Under the pieces are notes generated by a model. That model worked only from the letters and a program-made list of their open reading frames with translations. It searched no databases and was not told the origin of the DNA. From Candidatus Enterousia intestinigallinarum (lineage in GTDB: Bacteria; Pseudomonadota; Alphaproteobacteria; Rs-D84): a stretch of 64,000 nt of DNA. A program made the translations under genes and the position numbers. Location of the stretch: the NCBI GenBank assembly GCA_018716885.1, contig DVJI01000012.1, positions 175,065 to 239,064 on the forward strand. The letters are read 5' to 3'. Positions 9,601 to 19,763 of the stretch are shown here, one piece after another. Positions within the stretch are counted from its first letter, which is position 1; the number at the start of each line of letters is the position of its first letter.

Positions 9601-11700
9601 GAACCACAAACCATCGGCAAAATCTATTGCACCCTTTGTGGCGGTTATCTGCGTGCCGCGCGCGACCAAGGTACTGCCCGCGCCAACATTCAACGAACCA
9701 ACATTTGCATCATCTGATACAATCTCTATCGTGGCGCCGCCTGTTGCACTCATATCGCCCGCCACTGTCAGTTGGTTTGACGCACTGCCACCAAACACCA
9801 GTTTGTTATTCGCGCCACTGGCCGTAACCGATTCGCCAATCTCGATTATATTCGCAACAAACGTCGCACTACGTGAACCGGCCGATGTCGCCAAAACAGA
9901 GCCGTCAATCTTGATATTGCCGTTTGTCGACGTCATAACAAAGCCCTGACTTCCAGTCGCCGCAATGTTGACATTGCCATTGCCAGACGCAGCAACATCG
10001 CTTAGCGTCATATCGCCGTTTATTTGTATTGTCTGGCCCGCGGTCAGTGAATGCGTTGACCCGTCAATATTCATCGCACCGTCGCCGGTAACATTTATCG
10101 CCCCGTCAACATTGACACCACCAATCAACGCGGTTAAATCAACCACGCCACCAGAAACATCAATCGCACCAATTTGCAAATCACTGCCGTCAGTGTCAGA
10201 ACCGTCAATTATAGTTGAACCGGCCAGATTAGACAGCGTGCCGCCGATGACAATATCCTTGGCATTTATAAGTGTATTTCCGGAAACATTTGTAACATTG
10301 CCAGAAATATTTATTTCACCAATATCGTTCGTCAGTGACGTAATATCCAATTCACCGCCATCATTTGAAACATTTGCTAATTCAACGCGTGTTCCGTTCA
10401 ACGACATAGTCCCACGATTGGACACGTCACCCTGAACCTGCAAAACCGCCGCCGAGTGTATATCGGTATCAGAGCCCTCGAACCCTTCGACACCACCGGA
10501 AATAACGATACCGTCACCGTCGATTTCGGTTGCGGTCATCACCAATTTATTACCACGGTTTGTTACAGAATCGGCGGTAATCGCCTGGGCTGTAATGGTC
10601 ATATTGGCGTTTTCATTATATTGCTGCGTATCAGAATTTATCAGTCCATTTATAACATCAGCGGCAATATTCAAACTGTCGTTTGTTATGTTCAACGTGA
10701 ACTGATTTAACTTATTTGAAAATACATTCAGCCATCTGTCCGTATTTGCACCTGACCCAAATGTCAGCTTACCAGTCGTCAGTGAAAATGTATTATCAAT
10801 CCCCATTGCACTGATATCAAACCCATATTCCAGATTTGTAGTACCAGTTACATTTATGGTCAAATTTCCACTGTTCACAAACGATGCCTCGTTCGTGTTG
10901 CCGCCGGACACGGTCAGATTATCGGCATTCAAAACCATATTGCTGGTGGCGGAATCGTTTTTAACGGTACCACTGACAGTAATATCCCCACCGGCCGTTA
11001 TATTCATTGTTCCACTGGAATTATAAATATTTCCGGCCTTCAGTGTTCCACCGGTTGTAATCGTCATATTTCCGGCACCATCGGTGTTTTCTATATCGCC
11101 ACCGGCCACATCAATAGATTTATCCGCCGAAATTTGCGTTGTTCCGTTTCCAGAATTATGAAAACCACCCATCTTCAACGCAACGTCATCACCAGTCAAC
11201 GCACCAGCAACATCCAAAACCGTATCGCCCCCGGTAACATTTATTGCACCGGTCTGCATAGTTTTGGCCGTAACCGACAGGCCGTTCGCGGCGGCGATAC
11301 TGCCGTCAACCTTGAACAGGTCCGCATCACGCACGGTCAGACGTCCATCGGCGTTTATCGACGTGAACGACATATTTATATTATTGTTTTGTGTATTTTG
11401 CAGATTTAACGAATAGCCGTCGTTAATATACAATGCGCCGCCGGTAATATCCGCATAAGACGTTATTGTAAAATTATCACGAATAATATTCGTGCCAGCA
11501 TACAGCGTATTCGGTTCCAATGGACTGGGGATGTCAACACCGATATTCATCCCAACAACATTAATTCCGTCACTGGCGACATAGCCGTACGAATTATCGC
11601 CACTTATGCTACCCGCGCCAATCACGCCGCCGGTAAAGGGTGCCGCCTGTACCCCCAGCGGAGCCAGGCACAACATAAAAAATATTGTCTTTTTCATCAT
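6697..11700 (-). CDS. large autotransporter-like surface protein (Gly/Asn/Thr-rich beta-helical passenger, C-terminal beta-barrel)
   Basis: 1667 aa, signal peptide, repetitive G/N/T-rich passenger, amphipathic C-terminal strands ending YRF. Confidence 0.8.
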   Translation of the reverse strand: MMKKTIFFMLCLAPLGVQAAPFTGGVIGAGSISGDNSYGYVASDGINVVGMNIGVDIPSPLEPNTLYAGTNIIRDNFTITSYADITGGALYINDGYSLNLQNTQNNNINMSFTSINADGRLTVRDADLFKVDGSIAAANGLSVTAKTMQTGAINVTGGDTVLDVAGALTGDDVALKMGGFHNSGNGTTQISADKSIDVAGGDIENTDGAGNMTITTGGTLKAGNIYNSSGTMNITAGGDITVSGTVKNDSATSNMVLNADNLTVSGGNTNEASFVNSGNLTINVTGTTNLEYGFDISAMGIDNTFSLTTGKLTFGSGANTDRWLNVFSNKLNQFTLNITNDSLNIAADVINGLINSDTQQYNENANMTITAQAITADSVTNRGNKLVMTATEIDGDGIVISGGVEGFEGSDTDIHSAAVLQVQGDVSNRGTMSLNGTRVELANVSNDGGELDITSLTNDIGEINISGNVTNVSGNTLINAKDIVIGGTLSNLAGSTIIDGSDTDGSDLQIGAIDVSGGVVDLTALIGGVNVDGAINVTGDGAMNIDGSTHSLTAGQTIQINGDMTLSDVAASGNGNVNIAATGSQGFVMTSTNGNIKIDGSVLATSAGSRSATFVANIIEIGESVTASGANNKLVFGGSASNQLTVAGDMSATGGATIEIVSDDANVGSLNVGAGSTLVARGTQITATKGAIDFADGLWFGATGLTDKPDNGLIVEADTTNLTLKSDTAQVEIGGALDLGTGRTLKLIAEKSAVTVGGAVLTAGTLNANAQNITLGDVTNSGTATLTADQRVVMGNVMANSGTLNITANGTGLPNIQIGGLNIANGAFVNIDSDATANVAATNVVVTGDVSQGTQAGALNLLATDTTFAAESLTITGNYDATAGSALFEVAGPITVGGNITVATDAELNMGGDGITATNLDNNGTLALHSDNGITLAQVTNTGNLTLDSGAGVTTVDTFAVGGAGTITLMGAGLTTDGVFTTQNTVLYQNYLGTLSAGEVNVDSDDYTITASEFNVAGVNQVSGRMQINASDINVAGDVTALDLRFAKNPASPDSWIDATIDGNVSGGVDFWGLKRLDIKGTYTFNNDSDLWAAIMPYDEEGTGNTSKQNYWSTVEVTGDNKVGEITNAAGGAAMITVGEKFVSNVSGVVNGSAASQPQVGITLFDTVDTGTAIWLLHAEEGIDVSDGFDKLRNLDVKFCNGDGSICIDYADTLRPSDAFNGTDSDLPIYLSERDTDGDGVADSLYIVFDPRFGGPVEVFKIQPIVAEVADHTTGEYVSAGALDNLIAGQLLNTKFYNDTPIELIPEIFRGTNFATMANELYDRMEYYNMTGERDPLARFSRLFQARELEQIAGNISLNEHTNFRDFEDRMFDEFIWNRNRNLKKAWLDADYGMFSQDVSDGKRAKGNRFSIAGGFDWQDSETLILGLTARVSNSSSDNSDAVELGYLPGKSLLGTVDVTVDDLNIGLGGYLMKILGEKTRLYGNAFLDIHLLDTARDQTFMSHIDGSGSAFSFISEWGLLHDWLNQYIVGNAYARVGYNFGFDVTEHAAGQDYMDMQSDGYLILTPGYSLIAQKRIYPSAWFQIRPYASIGVEYDVLGAPDFVKYKFAPAHTYTKYDVDIDPLWANIGGGVEFLSAVGLQFGIDYRYQYNDAIQLHNIKVTGSYRF

Positions 11701-11802
11701 ATTTTCTATTTCTTTCCAACCAATTTTATGATTATATTATTGCACAATTCGTCGAATAAGACAAGACGGAACTGTAACGAAAGTGAATATTTTTAGGAAT
11801 AA

Positions 11803-13077
<1,275 letters not shown>

Positions 13078-13088
13078 AAACCAAACAA

Positions 13089-13298
13089 ATGATGATAACA
13101 GCGTCTGATGTTTTGCTGATAATAAAATACGTACTGGCCGCGCTTATTGTCATTGGCGTCATACTGGCGCCGGCGTGGCTGGCACGGCAAACCGGCAAAA
13201 GCAAACAGGATATGATTCTGGTACGACTGGCCAGTTGGATTTTCGGCTGGACGGGAATCGGATGGCTGTGGTCATTATTTTGGTCGTCAAAAAAATAA
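13089..13298 (+). CDS. superinfection immunity protein (T4 Imm-like) small membrane protein
   Basis: P..LA...K....I.....FGWTGIGWLWSLFWS pattern typical of Imm_superinfect. Confidence 0.7.
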   Translation: MMITASDVLLIIKYVLAALIVIGVILAPAWLARQTGKSKQDMILVRLASWIFGWTGIGWLWSLFWSSKK

Positions 13299-13333
13299 AA
13301 ATCCCCCATTTTTGGGGGATTTTTATTATTAAA

Positions 13334-13714
13334 TTATGGCAATGGTCTAATAACTTGTCCGCCACCTATAACGGGCAAACCACCAGAAACGCCGTCCGTC
13401 ATTGGACACGCCTGGGTAAAAACGTATGAACCGGTCCGGTCGCTGTATGTAGTATTTGCCGGTGCATACATTATGCACGCCCCCGCGGGTGATGATACCA
13501 GACAACTGTCCGCAGTACCGGCAGATACATACCCAGTGGGACACGCACTGTCCGCAATTGTCATATATTCTTCTTCTATTGCTATATAGCCATCTGGGCA
13601 AGATGTAGACGGCGAGCTAACCAATTGTACAGGTGGTTTAACCTGTATCGCCATTGCCGGCATTGTCGCGTACAATGCAAATAAAATCAATATTCGTTTC
13701 ATCGCAATCACCAT
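13334..13714 (-). CDS. small Cys-rich secreted protein (paralog of 19050-19328); start may be 13702
   Basis: PSTSCP.GY....EEYM.IADS.CP.GY.SAGTADSCLVSSPAG.CIMYAP shared with the paralog. Confidence 0.8.
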   Translation of the reverse strand: MVIAMKRILILFALYATMPAMAIQVKPPVQLVSSPSTSCPDGYIAIEEEYMTIADSACPTGYVSAGTADSCLVSSPAGACIMYAPANTTYSDRTGSYVFTQACPMTDGVSGGLPVIGGGQVIRPLP

Positions 13715-14148
13715 CAGTCAGACAGATTGGAAAATAATGCATTCCTAAAATCATCATTAAACGACAAATACCTGGAACAGGTCGCAGAGCACATATCACT
13801 ACTATTTGTCGTATAATATGCATACACCCATTTTGATACGGCTGGGCTTATCATTTTGCACCAGCAATACAATCTATTACTGCTACTGGGTGCAGAATTT
13901 GTTTCTTTTATTGAATCTTTTGTTTCCCCTTCACTTGTACCCCTTGTACTGGATAAACTACCAACAATTTGTACATCCACAGATGTGCCATTCGTTGTAC
14001 ACGTTGCATTTACCACAACATTTCCGCTTGTTCCATCACCAGTATCACACGTTGTATTTGAATTTAATGCCACGCATTTGGTAACGGCGGCGGCCGGCGG
14101 GATTATGGTCACGCAAACTAGGCCGGCAATTAGTAAAGTTTTTTTCAT
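13714..14148 (-). CDS. Cys-rich secreted protein (paralog of 19341-19763)
   Basis: RBS AGGAG, MKKTLLIAG signal peptide, VTKCV.L, YCWCKM.SPAVS.WV, FR.ALFS.LSD. Confidence 0.85.
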   Translation of the reverse strand: MKKTLLIAGLVCVTIIPPAAAVTKCVALNSNTTCDTGDGTSGNVVVNATCTTNGTSVDVQIVGSLSSTRGTSEGETKDSIKETNSAPSSSNRLYCWCKMISPAVSKWVYAYYTTNSSDMCSATCSRYLSFNDDFRNALFSNLSD

Positions 14149-14378
14149 TTTCAAACTCCTGTTTTTTCTGTATGAAAAAACCACCAGTTTTACTTGGTGG
14201 TCAGGAGGTTCGAAACAATTACCAGAATTGTGTCACTTATTTGATATTCGTGACCCTCCTGACCAAAAAATCAGGAGTTTGTTTTTCGTCTTAATAAAAA
14301 TGGCACAATACGCGCCAATATTTATTCCGACGCTGGTACAGAGGTTTCGACACCCCATTGACGGAACACCCGTCAACA
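14149..14378 (-). ncRNA. c4/CI-like structured leader, copy B
   Basis: Homologous to 5815-6059; boxes CGAAAC/GTTTCG and TACCAG/CTGGTA; promoter TTGCAA-17-TAATAT at 14412-14384. Confidence 0.65.
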
Positions 14379-14421
14379 TAATAATATTACCGCGTTAGTT
14401 TTTTTATTGCAAGGAATAATA

Positions 14422-14893
14422 GTTACGAGTCACGAGTAACAAGCAACGAGTCACGAGTAACAAATTTGTCATTGCGAGGGAGTGTAACGACCGTGGCAAT
14501 CCAGGTAATTGATGTCTGCGCATACGCGCAGTACTTTTTTTTATTTACTGGATTGCTTCGCGTTGCTCGCAATGACACAGGATTATAGTATTACAAAAAA
14601 ATACGAGTATCGAGTAACGAATAACGAGTCACGAGTAAACCACCCCGCCGACTTGTCACCCCGTGGCGCGTGGTGCTGGTTGCCCACTTTCCCTTGTCAT
14701 TCCGGGGCTTGACCCCGGAATCTAGGTAATAAAAAAGTACTGCGGGCATAGCCCGCAGACATATATAACCTGGATCCCGTGGTCAAGCCACGGGATGACA
14801 CAGAGTTTTGAGTTTTTTTATAAAAAATACGAGCAACGAATAACGAGTAACAAGTCACGAGTTACGAGTAACTAGTATCGAGCACCGAGTAAC
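14422..14893. repeat. cluster of two REP/RPE-like palindromes (14468-14576, 14696-14799) separated by degenerate 7-mer arrays (ACGAGTM)n
   Basis: GTCATTGCGAG...GGCAATCCAG/CTGGATTGC...CTCGCAATGAC and GTCATTCCGGGGCTTGACCCCGGAATC/GATCCCGTGGTCAAGCCACGGGATGAC; heptamer runs at about 14422-14463, 14602-14638 and 14829-14893. Confidence 0.8.
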
Positions 14894-14945
14894 AAAAATG
14901 CGGGGAAAATCGTCCCCGCATTAAAATATTCAACAATAAGAAAAC

Positions 14946-15101
14946 TTATTTTTCATTCTGGGTATTATGCACATTTACACCGCGCGCCATAAATTCGGCC
15001 GCCAAATTTACCGCCGCAATACCCTTTTTATATCCGGCACCGTGCGATTTTCCCTGTAATGTCGCCGTTGCCTTTGCAAACTTGTTCGTGTTTTCCGTCA
15101 T
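14946..15101 (-). CDS. small hypothetical protein (51 aa, MTENTNKFAK...)
   Basis: ATG preceded by AGAGG, TTGACA-type promoter upstream, below the ORF-track cutoff. Confidence 0.45.
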   Translation of the reverse strand: MTENTNKFAKATATLQGKSHGAGYKKGIAAVNLAAEFMARGVNVHNTQNEK

Positions 15102-15198
15102 ATTCAATGCCTCTTTACAAACATCTCTCTGACAAGGCCAATATATACTAATAATTATTTTTTGTCAAGTATTTTTATATATTCCCCTGCCCGACAAA

Positions 15199-16779
15199 TT
15201 ATTGTGTACAGCCGTACATACCGCATACCGACGCATCATCCGGCGCAACATATTCTTCAACCACGGCAATAGGAACCTGGACTTGCTTGCCTGGTTCTTC
15301 GGTATAGTGCACTTCTTTGACCACACGGACACGGCGGTTTGCGGCCTTGGCTACACCGTCGCCCGTCTGGACGGCCAAACCTTCTTCACCGGCGGAAACC
15401 GCGACAATCTGGCTGGCCGGGATACCATATTTAATCAGCATTTTCTGAACCGCTTCGGCACGACGTCCGCCCAGGGCATAATTGTAATCCTTGCTGCCCA
15501 TTGTATCAGTGTGCCCGACAACAGAAACCTTGATATTCTTGCTGCCCTGTGTCGCAGTGGCCAGTTGTTTAATAATTTCTTCGTATTCTGGTTTGATTGT
15601 CGCCTTGTCAAAGTCGAACATAATTTCGAACACTTCTTCCATCACGTGCTGTTTCGGTTCCAATGGAATCTGTTGCACTTTGATAAATGTTTTTTCGTAT
15701 GTTTTTTCATTTGCACTGGCCTGCAATTTATCCAGCCGTTCATTTATCGCCGCCAATTCCGCACGCATAGCCATCATCATATTGATAAATTCTTCGCGTG
15801 TGACCAATTCATCACTGATTTGTGGAATTTCCTGGGTTGCGGTTGTATCGGTGGCCGCCGGCGTTGTCGCGCTTGGCACGCAATTCACATCGCCACGTGT
15901 GCATTCGGTAACACTGCTGTCATTGACATTATTGCTGTCACTGATTGTTTTGTCACCACCATAAATATTCTGGTTAAAGACCATCGGCTGAACAGGCACC
16001 GGATTTATCAAGTGTTCCGGCACATTGACGTTATTTACGATAATCACGCCTTCGCGCGCTTTGCCCGTACCGTTCATAGCCGACATATTACGTGTATCCG
16101 GATAATAAGTTTGCGCTGTTGGCGTGGCACCACGTTCAACCGCAACCATAACATCACCGTTTGTGGTCATAGTTGTCTGGGTTGTTTCAGTTGTCGTTTC
16201 AGACGTTGTTTTTACAATCTTGCCACCAGTGCAGTCGCGCAACGCGGTCATAGTTTTATAATATCTGTCGCGGCATTCGTTCGCGGTACCGGTCTGACCA
16301 CTGGCCGACGCCGACAACCAACAGTCATATTTTGCCTGTGCTTCGGCCGCCAATTCTGGATTAGTCATACTGGCGTCATTTTTCAACTGATCCAGCAATT
16401 CATTATATGCGGTGTACAGTTCAAAAGATTCCTGTTCATCCGCCACGGGCCAGTTATCCAATGCCTCTGGGAAAGGCAATTCACCTGAAAACGCAGCAAC
16501 CGCTTTTTGTGCGAAGTATTCGCCCATATCAGGATACCCACTGGTGCGCGCATTATAAATTGCATACGAACGATAATTCATCGCCAACTGATTCAAAAAG
16601 GAATCCTGATGCGGTGCGGAATAGACATCCAAGCTTTCCACATAATCGACGGTTGGCGTTGATGCACCGGCGTATTCCGTGTTATCACCACTGCCCGCAC
16701 AGGCCGCCAAAGTCGCAACCGACACAATGGCCAGCACACGTGAAATAACAAATGTTGACGTCAAAGATTTGTTTTTCAT
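15199..16779 (-). CDS. OmpA-family peptidoglycan-binding lipoprotein
   Basis: Lipobox LAAC; C-terminal FDFDKA...VGHTD...YN..L..RRA..V...NRRV domain. Confidence 0.9.
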   Translation of the reverse strand: MKNKSLTSTFVISRVLAIVSVATLAACAGSGDNTEYAGASTPTVDYVESLDVYSAPHQDSFLNQLAMNYRSYAIYNARTSGYPDMGEYFAQKAVAAFSGELPFPEALDNWPVADEQESFELYTAYNELLDQLKNDASMTNPELAAEAQAKYDCWLSASASGQTGTANECRDRYYKTMTALRDCTGGKIVKTTSETTTETTQTTMTTNGDVMVAVERGATPTAQTYYPDTRNMSAMNGTGKAREGVIIVNNVNVPEHLINPVPVQPMVFNQNIYGGDKTISDSNNVNDSSVTECTRGDVNCVPSATTPAATDTTATQEIPQISDELVTREEFINMMMAMRAELAAINERLDKLQASANEKTYEKTFIKVQQIPLEPKQHVMEEVFEIMFDFDKATIKPEYEEIIKQLATATQGSKNIKVSVVGHTDTMGSKDYNYALGGRRAEAVQKMLIKYGIPASQIVAVSAGEEGLAVQTGDGVAKAANRRVRVVKEVHYTEEPGKQVQVPIAVVEEYVAPDDASVCGMYGCTQ

Positions 16780-16870
16780 AAAAACTTCCTTTCTGTAATC
16801 CCTTACATTATACGATTTTTTGACATATGAGTAAAGTGAAAAAGTACACCCGAATAACGGGCGTTTTTTA

Positions 16871-17689
16871 TTAGTTTGCAAATAACGATGTTGCAAATGC
16901 ACCAATGGAACCAACCGATGATGTCACCCCACCGCCCCCGGATATTCCGGACACTACATCCATTATAGAACTGGTATTTGTTGGCTGCCCCAGTGAATTT
17001 ATTGTTCCCGTCAGGAATTCACCCCACATTTCGCGCTTTTTCGCCGACAATCTGGAATAAGAACAGGATTCTATTTTAGACATCAATCGTCCCGCCATTG
17101 TCAATTCGGACGGCGCATAATCTTCTTCGCTAAAATCTACCAAGTTGAAAATATCGTAAATATTGGAAACGGTCACCTTGTTTTTTTCGGAACACGAAGA
17201 CGCAGGTCCGCCATCGGAACAATATGTCGCCACCCCAACCTTTGGGAAGTTTTCCCATACCATACCCGCGTTCCCGTCACCACCGAAATAGTCATAACAT
17301 ATCGTTTCATCTAAATCGGTTCCGGCGGCAATTTCAACCGAACTCTGATATCCACCGACGGCAACACTGCAACGTTCACGCCCCAGTCGTTTTTTTACCT
17401 CGTCCGCGGTCATTGCACCGGTTTTTGCCCATTCCTTGACAATATTATCAACAAAAGCTATTTCCTGGCTGCTGGGGATACATCCCGCGGTCAGTTCTTT
17501 TTGTTTTGCACTCAACTGCTGAACACTGCTGATTAAATTCAGAACGGTTGGTACCAAACTGGTCGCGCTGCCAGACGCAGATGATTCCACGGGTGCGACG
17601 GGCGCGGCCTTGTTTATCGTGACCGCCCCGGCCGTTGTACCGGCCAAGCATACAAATCCACCGACAAAAAGCAGTAAAAACTTTTTCAT
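16871..17689 (-). CDS. hypothetical secreted protein
   Basis: 272-aa ORF with signal peptide and several Cys. Confidence 0.75.
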   Translation of the reverse strand: MKKFLLLFVGGFVCLAGTTAGAVTINKAAPVAPVESSASGSATSLVPTVLNLISSVQQLSAKQKELTAGCIPSSQEIAFVDNIVKEWAKTGAMTADEVKKRLGRERCSVAVGGYQSSVEIAAGTDLDETICYDYFGGDGNAGMVWENFPKVGVATYCSDGGPASSCSEKNKVTVSNIYDIFNLVDFSEEDYAPSELTMAGRLMSKIESCSYSRLSAKKREMWGEFLTGTINSLGQPTNTSSIMDVVSGISGGGGVTSSVGSIGAFATSLFAN

Positions 17690-17769
17690 CTCTCTTGGGA
17701 TAAATTATAGCATAAAAAAAGTTTAGAATAAATATAAAAATTGCTTTTTTATTATAGGCGCGCTAAACT

Positions 17770-18255
17770 GTGCGCGTGCAAGGCGATAAACGCAATTTTA
17801 TAATATTCACAAAACACAGACGGTTAAAGCGTCTGTGGCAATTTTTCTTTACCGGCTGGGGTCTGGTTATGGTGGCGGCGTTGATTGCAGGTTCGCTGTT
17901 CACGCGCCAGTTGCTGTGGACGCCAATATCTGCGATAAATATGACCGACATTGTCAGTAACCAGTTCAAAATGTCAAACGCATCTTTTTCTGGCACTGAC
18001 AAAAACGGCGAACCGTTTCGTATTCACGCGCGCAGTGGCCGCCAGGAATACGACCGTCCAAACGTAATTTTACTGGAATACGTTTCGGGCACAACAACGC
18101 GAATATCCAACGGCCAGAAAATAACAGATAACATAACCGCCGACGCGGGCGAATACGATCGCGTGAACAAAACAATAACCCTGACGGACAACGTACACGT
18201 TGATTCCAGCAACGGCGATAAAATCAGAACAGACGAATTGGTGATAAAACTATGA
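17770..18255 (+). CDS. lptC: LPS export protein LptC-like
   Basis: N-terminal TM, FSGTDKNGEPFRI.A, beta-jellyroll pattern; overlaps the start of lptB. Confidence 0.75.
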   Translation: MRVQGDKRNFIIFTKHRRLKRLWQFFFTGWGLVMVAALIAGSLFTRQLLWTPISAINMTDIVSNQFKMSNASFSGTDKNGEPFRIHARSGRQEYDRPNVILLEYVSGTTTRISNGQKITDNITADAGEYDRVNKTITLTDNVHVDSSNGDKIRTDELVIKL

Positions 18256-18980
18256 AACAATCGGTACTGCGTGTTGAACACTTATCCAAATCATACGGCA
18301 AGCGTATGGTTATCAAAGACATTTCGATGGAGGCGCACCAGGGCGAATCGGTCGGCCTGTTGGGTCCGAACGGCGCGGGCAAAACAACCGCGTTTTATTG
18401 CATAACGGGTCAGTTGAGTGCCACCGGCGGACAAATATTCTTAAATTCCCAGGACATAACCCACCTGCCGTTTTATCAGCGCGCACGCCTGCACATTGGA
18501 TATTTACCCCAGGAAAACAGTGTTTTCCGCGGATTGACGGTTGAACAAAACATTATGGCAATTTTAGAAGTTGTCGAACCCAGCAAAAAAAAGCGTCAAA
18601 AAAAATTAGATGCATTACTGGACGAATTTTCTATAACCGCCCTGCGCCGCAGTCCGGCAACCGCACTGTCGGGTGGCGAACGTCGCCGCGTTGAAATTGC
18701 GCGCGCACTGGCAAACGACCCGAAATTTATATTGTTGGACGAACCGTTCGCCGGAATTGACCCGATTGCCGTGAACGAAATTCGTGACTTGGTGTCCCAG
18801 TTAAAAAATCGTGGTCTGGGCGTTATAATAACCGACCATAACGTACGTGAAACATTGGGTATTACAGACCGCAGTTATGTTCTGCACGACGGCAAGATAC
18901 TAAAACACGGCACAACCCCGGAAATCGTCAAAGACGAAATGGTGAAAAAGGTCTATCTGGGCGAAGATTTCGTTATGTAA
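18252..18980 (+). CDS. lptB: LPS export ABC transporter ATP-binding protein
   Basis: GPNGAGKTT, LSGGERRRVEIARAL, LDEPFAGIDP, ITDHNVRETL. Confidence 0.97.
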   Translation: MKQSVLRVEHLSKSYGKRMVIKDISMEAHQGESVGLLGPNGAGKTTAFYCITGQLSATGGQIFLNSQDITHLPFYQRARLHIGYLPQENSVFRGLTVEQNIMAILEVVEPSKKKRQKKLDALLDEFSITALRRSPATALSGGERRRVEIARALANDPKFILLDEPFAGIDPIAVNEIRDLVSQLKNRGLGVIITDHNVRETLGITDRSYVLHDGKILKHGTTPEIVKDEMVKKVYLGEDFVM

Positions 18981-19049
18981 CCACGGCAACTCACAACTGA
19001 AATGTTTATCTTGCGGGGTTTGGTCCCGCTTCAATGCGGGACACCCCAT

Positions 19050-19328
19050 TTATTCCAACGGACAGGCGGATGTAAATTCATATGAACCTGTGTCATCTGT
19101 ATATGTTGTATTCGTTGGCGCATACATAATGCACGAACCGGCGGGTGATGACACCAGACAACTGTCCGCCGTACCGGCGGATGTATATCCAGCGGGACAC
19201 GTGCTGTCCGCGATTTCCATATATTCTTCCACCACGGTAACATAACCCGTGGGACACGAAGTGGACGGCGCGGCGGCAAATGCGCCAATCGGCGCAATCG
19301 CCATAATTAAAATAAATATTCGTTTCAT
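19050..19328 (-). CDS. small Cys-rich secreted protein (paralog of 13334-13714)
   Basis: Signal peptide; near-identical core to 13334-13714. Confidence 0.8.
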   Translation of the reverse strand: MKRIFILIMAIAPIGAFAAAPSTSCPTGYVTVVEEYMEIADSTCPAGYTSAGTADSCLVSSPAGSCIMYAPTNTTYTDDTGSYEFTSACPLE

Positions 19329-19340
19329 ATTCGCCCCCGT

Positions 19341-19763
19341 TTAGTCAGATAGTCCACTAAACAGCGCCGACCGGAAAGCGGAGGGGTACCGAGCGTTGGA
19401 CGCACAGTTGTACGCGCAATAGCTCGCGCAACGGCCGGCGGACGTGGAAGAGATGACGAACACCCAAGACGAAACCGCGGGCGAAACCATTTTGCACCAG
19501 CAATATTTGTTATCGTCGATGGTTGAACTGATCGTGACAGATTCGGTTGTTGCACCAATTGAACCACCATTTTGAGAACCGCAAAATGCAACACCCTGAA
19601 TTTCTATACCGCCACAGGTTATTGACCAATTTGACTGATCATACGCACCAGAGTGACTTGTACACGTTGTTGACGACGTTAGTTTTACGCATTTTGTGAC
19701 TGCATACGCTGGTGGAATTGATGCCGCACAAATTATGCCGGCGATTATTAAATGTTTTTTCAT
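19341..19763 (-). CDS. Cys-rich secreted protein (paralog of 13714-14148)
   Basis: RBS AGGAGG, MKKHLIIAG signal peptide, YCWCKMVSPAVSSWV. Confidence 0.85.
   Translation of the reverse strand: MKKHLIIAGIICAASIPPAYAVTKCVKLTSSTTCTSHSGAYDQSNWSITCGGIEIQGVAFCGSQNGGSIGATTESVTISSTIDDNKYCWCKMVSPAVSSWVFVISSTSAGRCASYCAYNCASNARYPSAFRSALFSGLSD

Noticed and set aside
14422-14893. CRISPR array
   Set aside because: No constant 23-47-bp repeats with unique spacers and no cas genes; only heptamers and palindromes
15202-16488. 428-aa + strand ORF and similar long antisense ORFs (6865-7629, 50367-51044, 57197-58042)
   Set aside because: Shadow frames of well-supported opposite-strand genes, with no motifs
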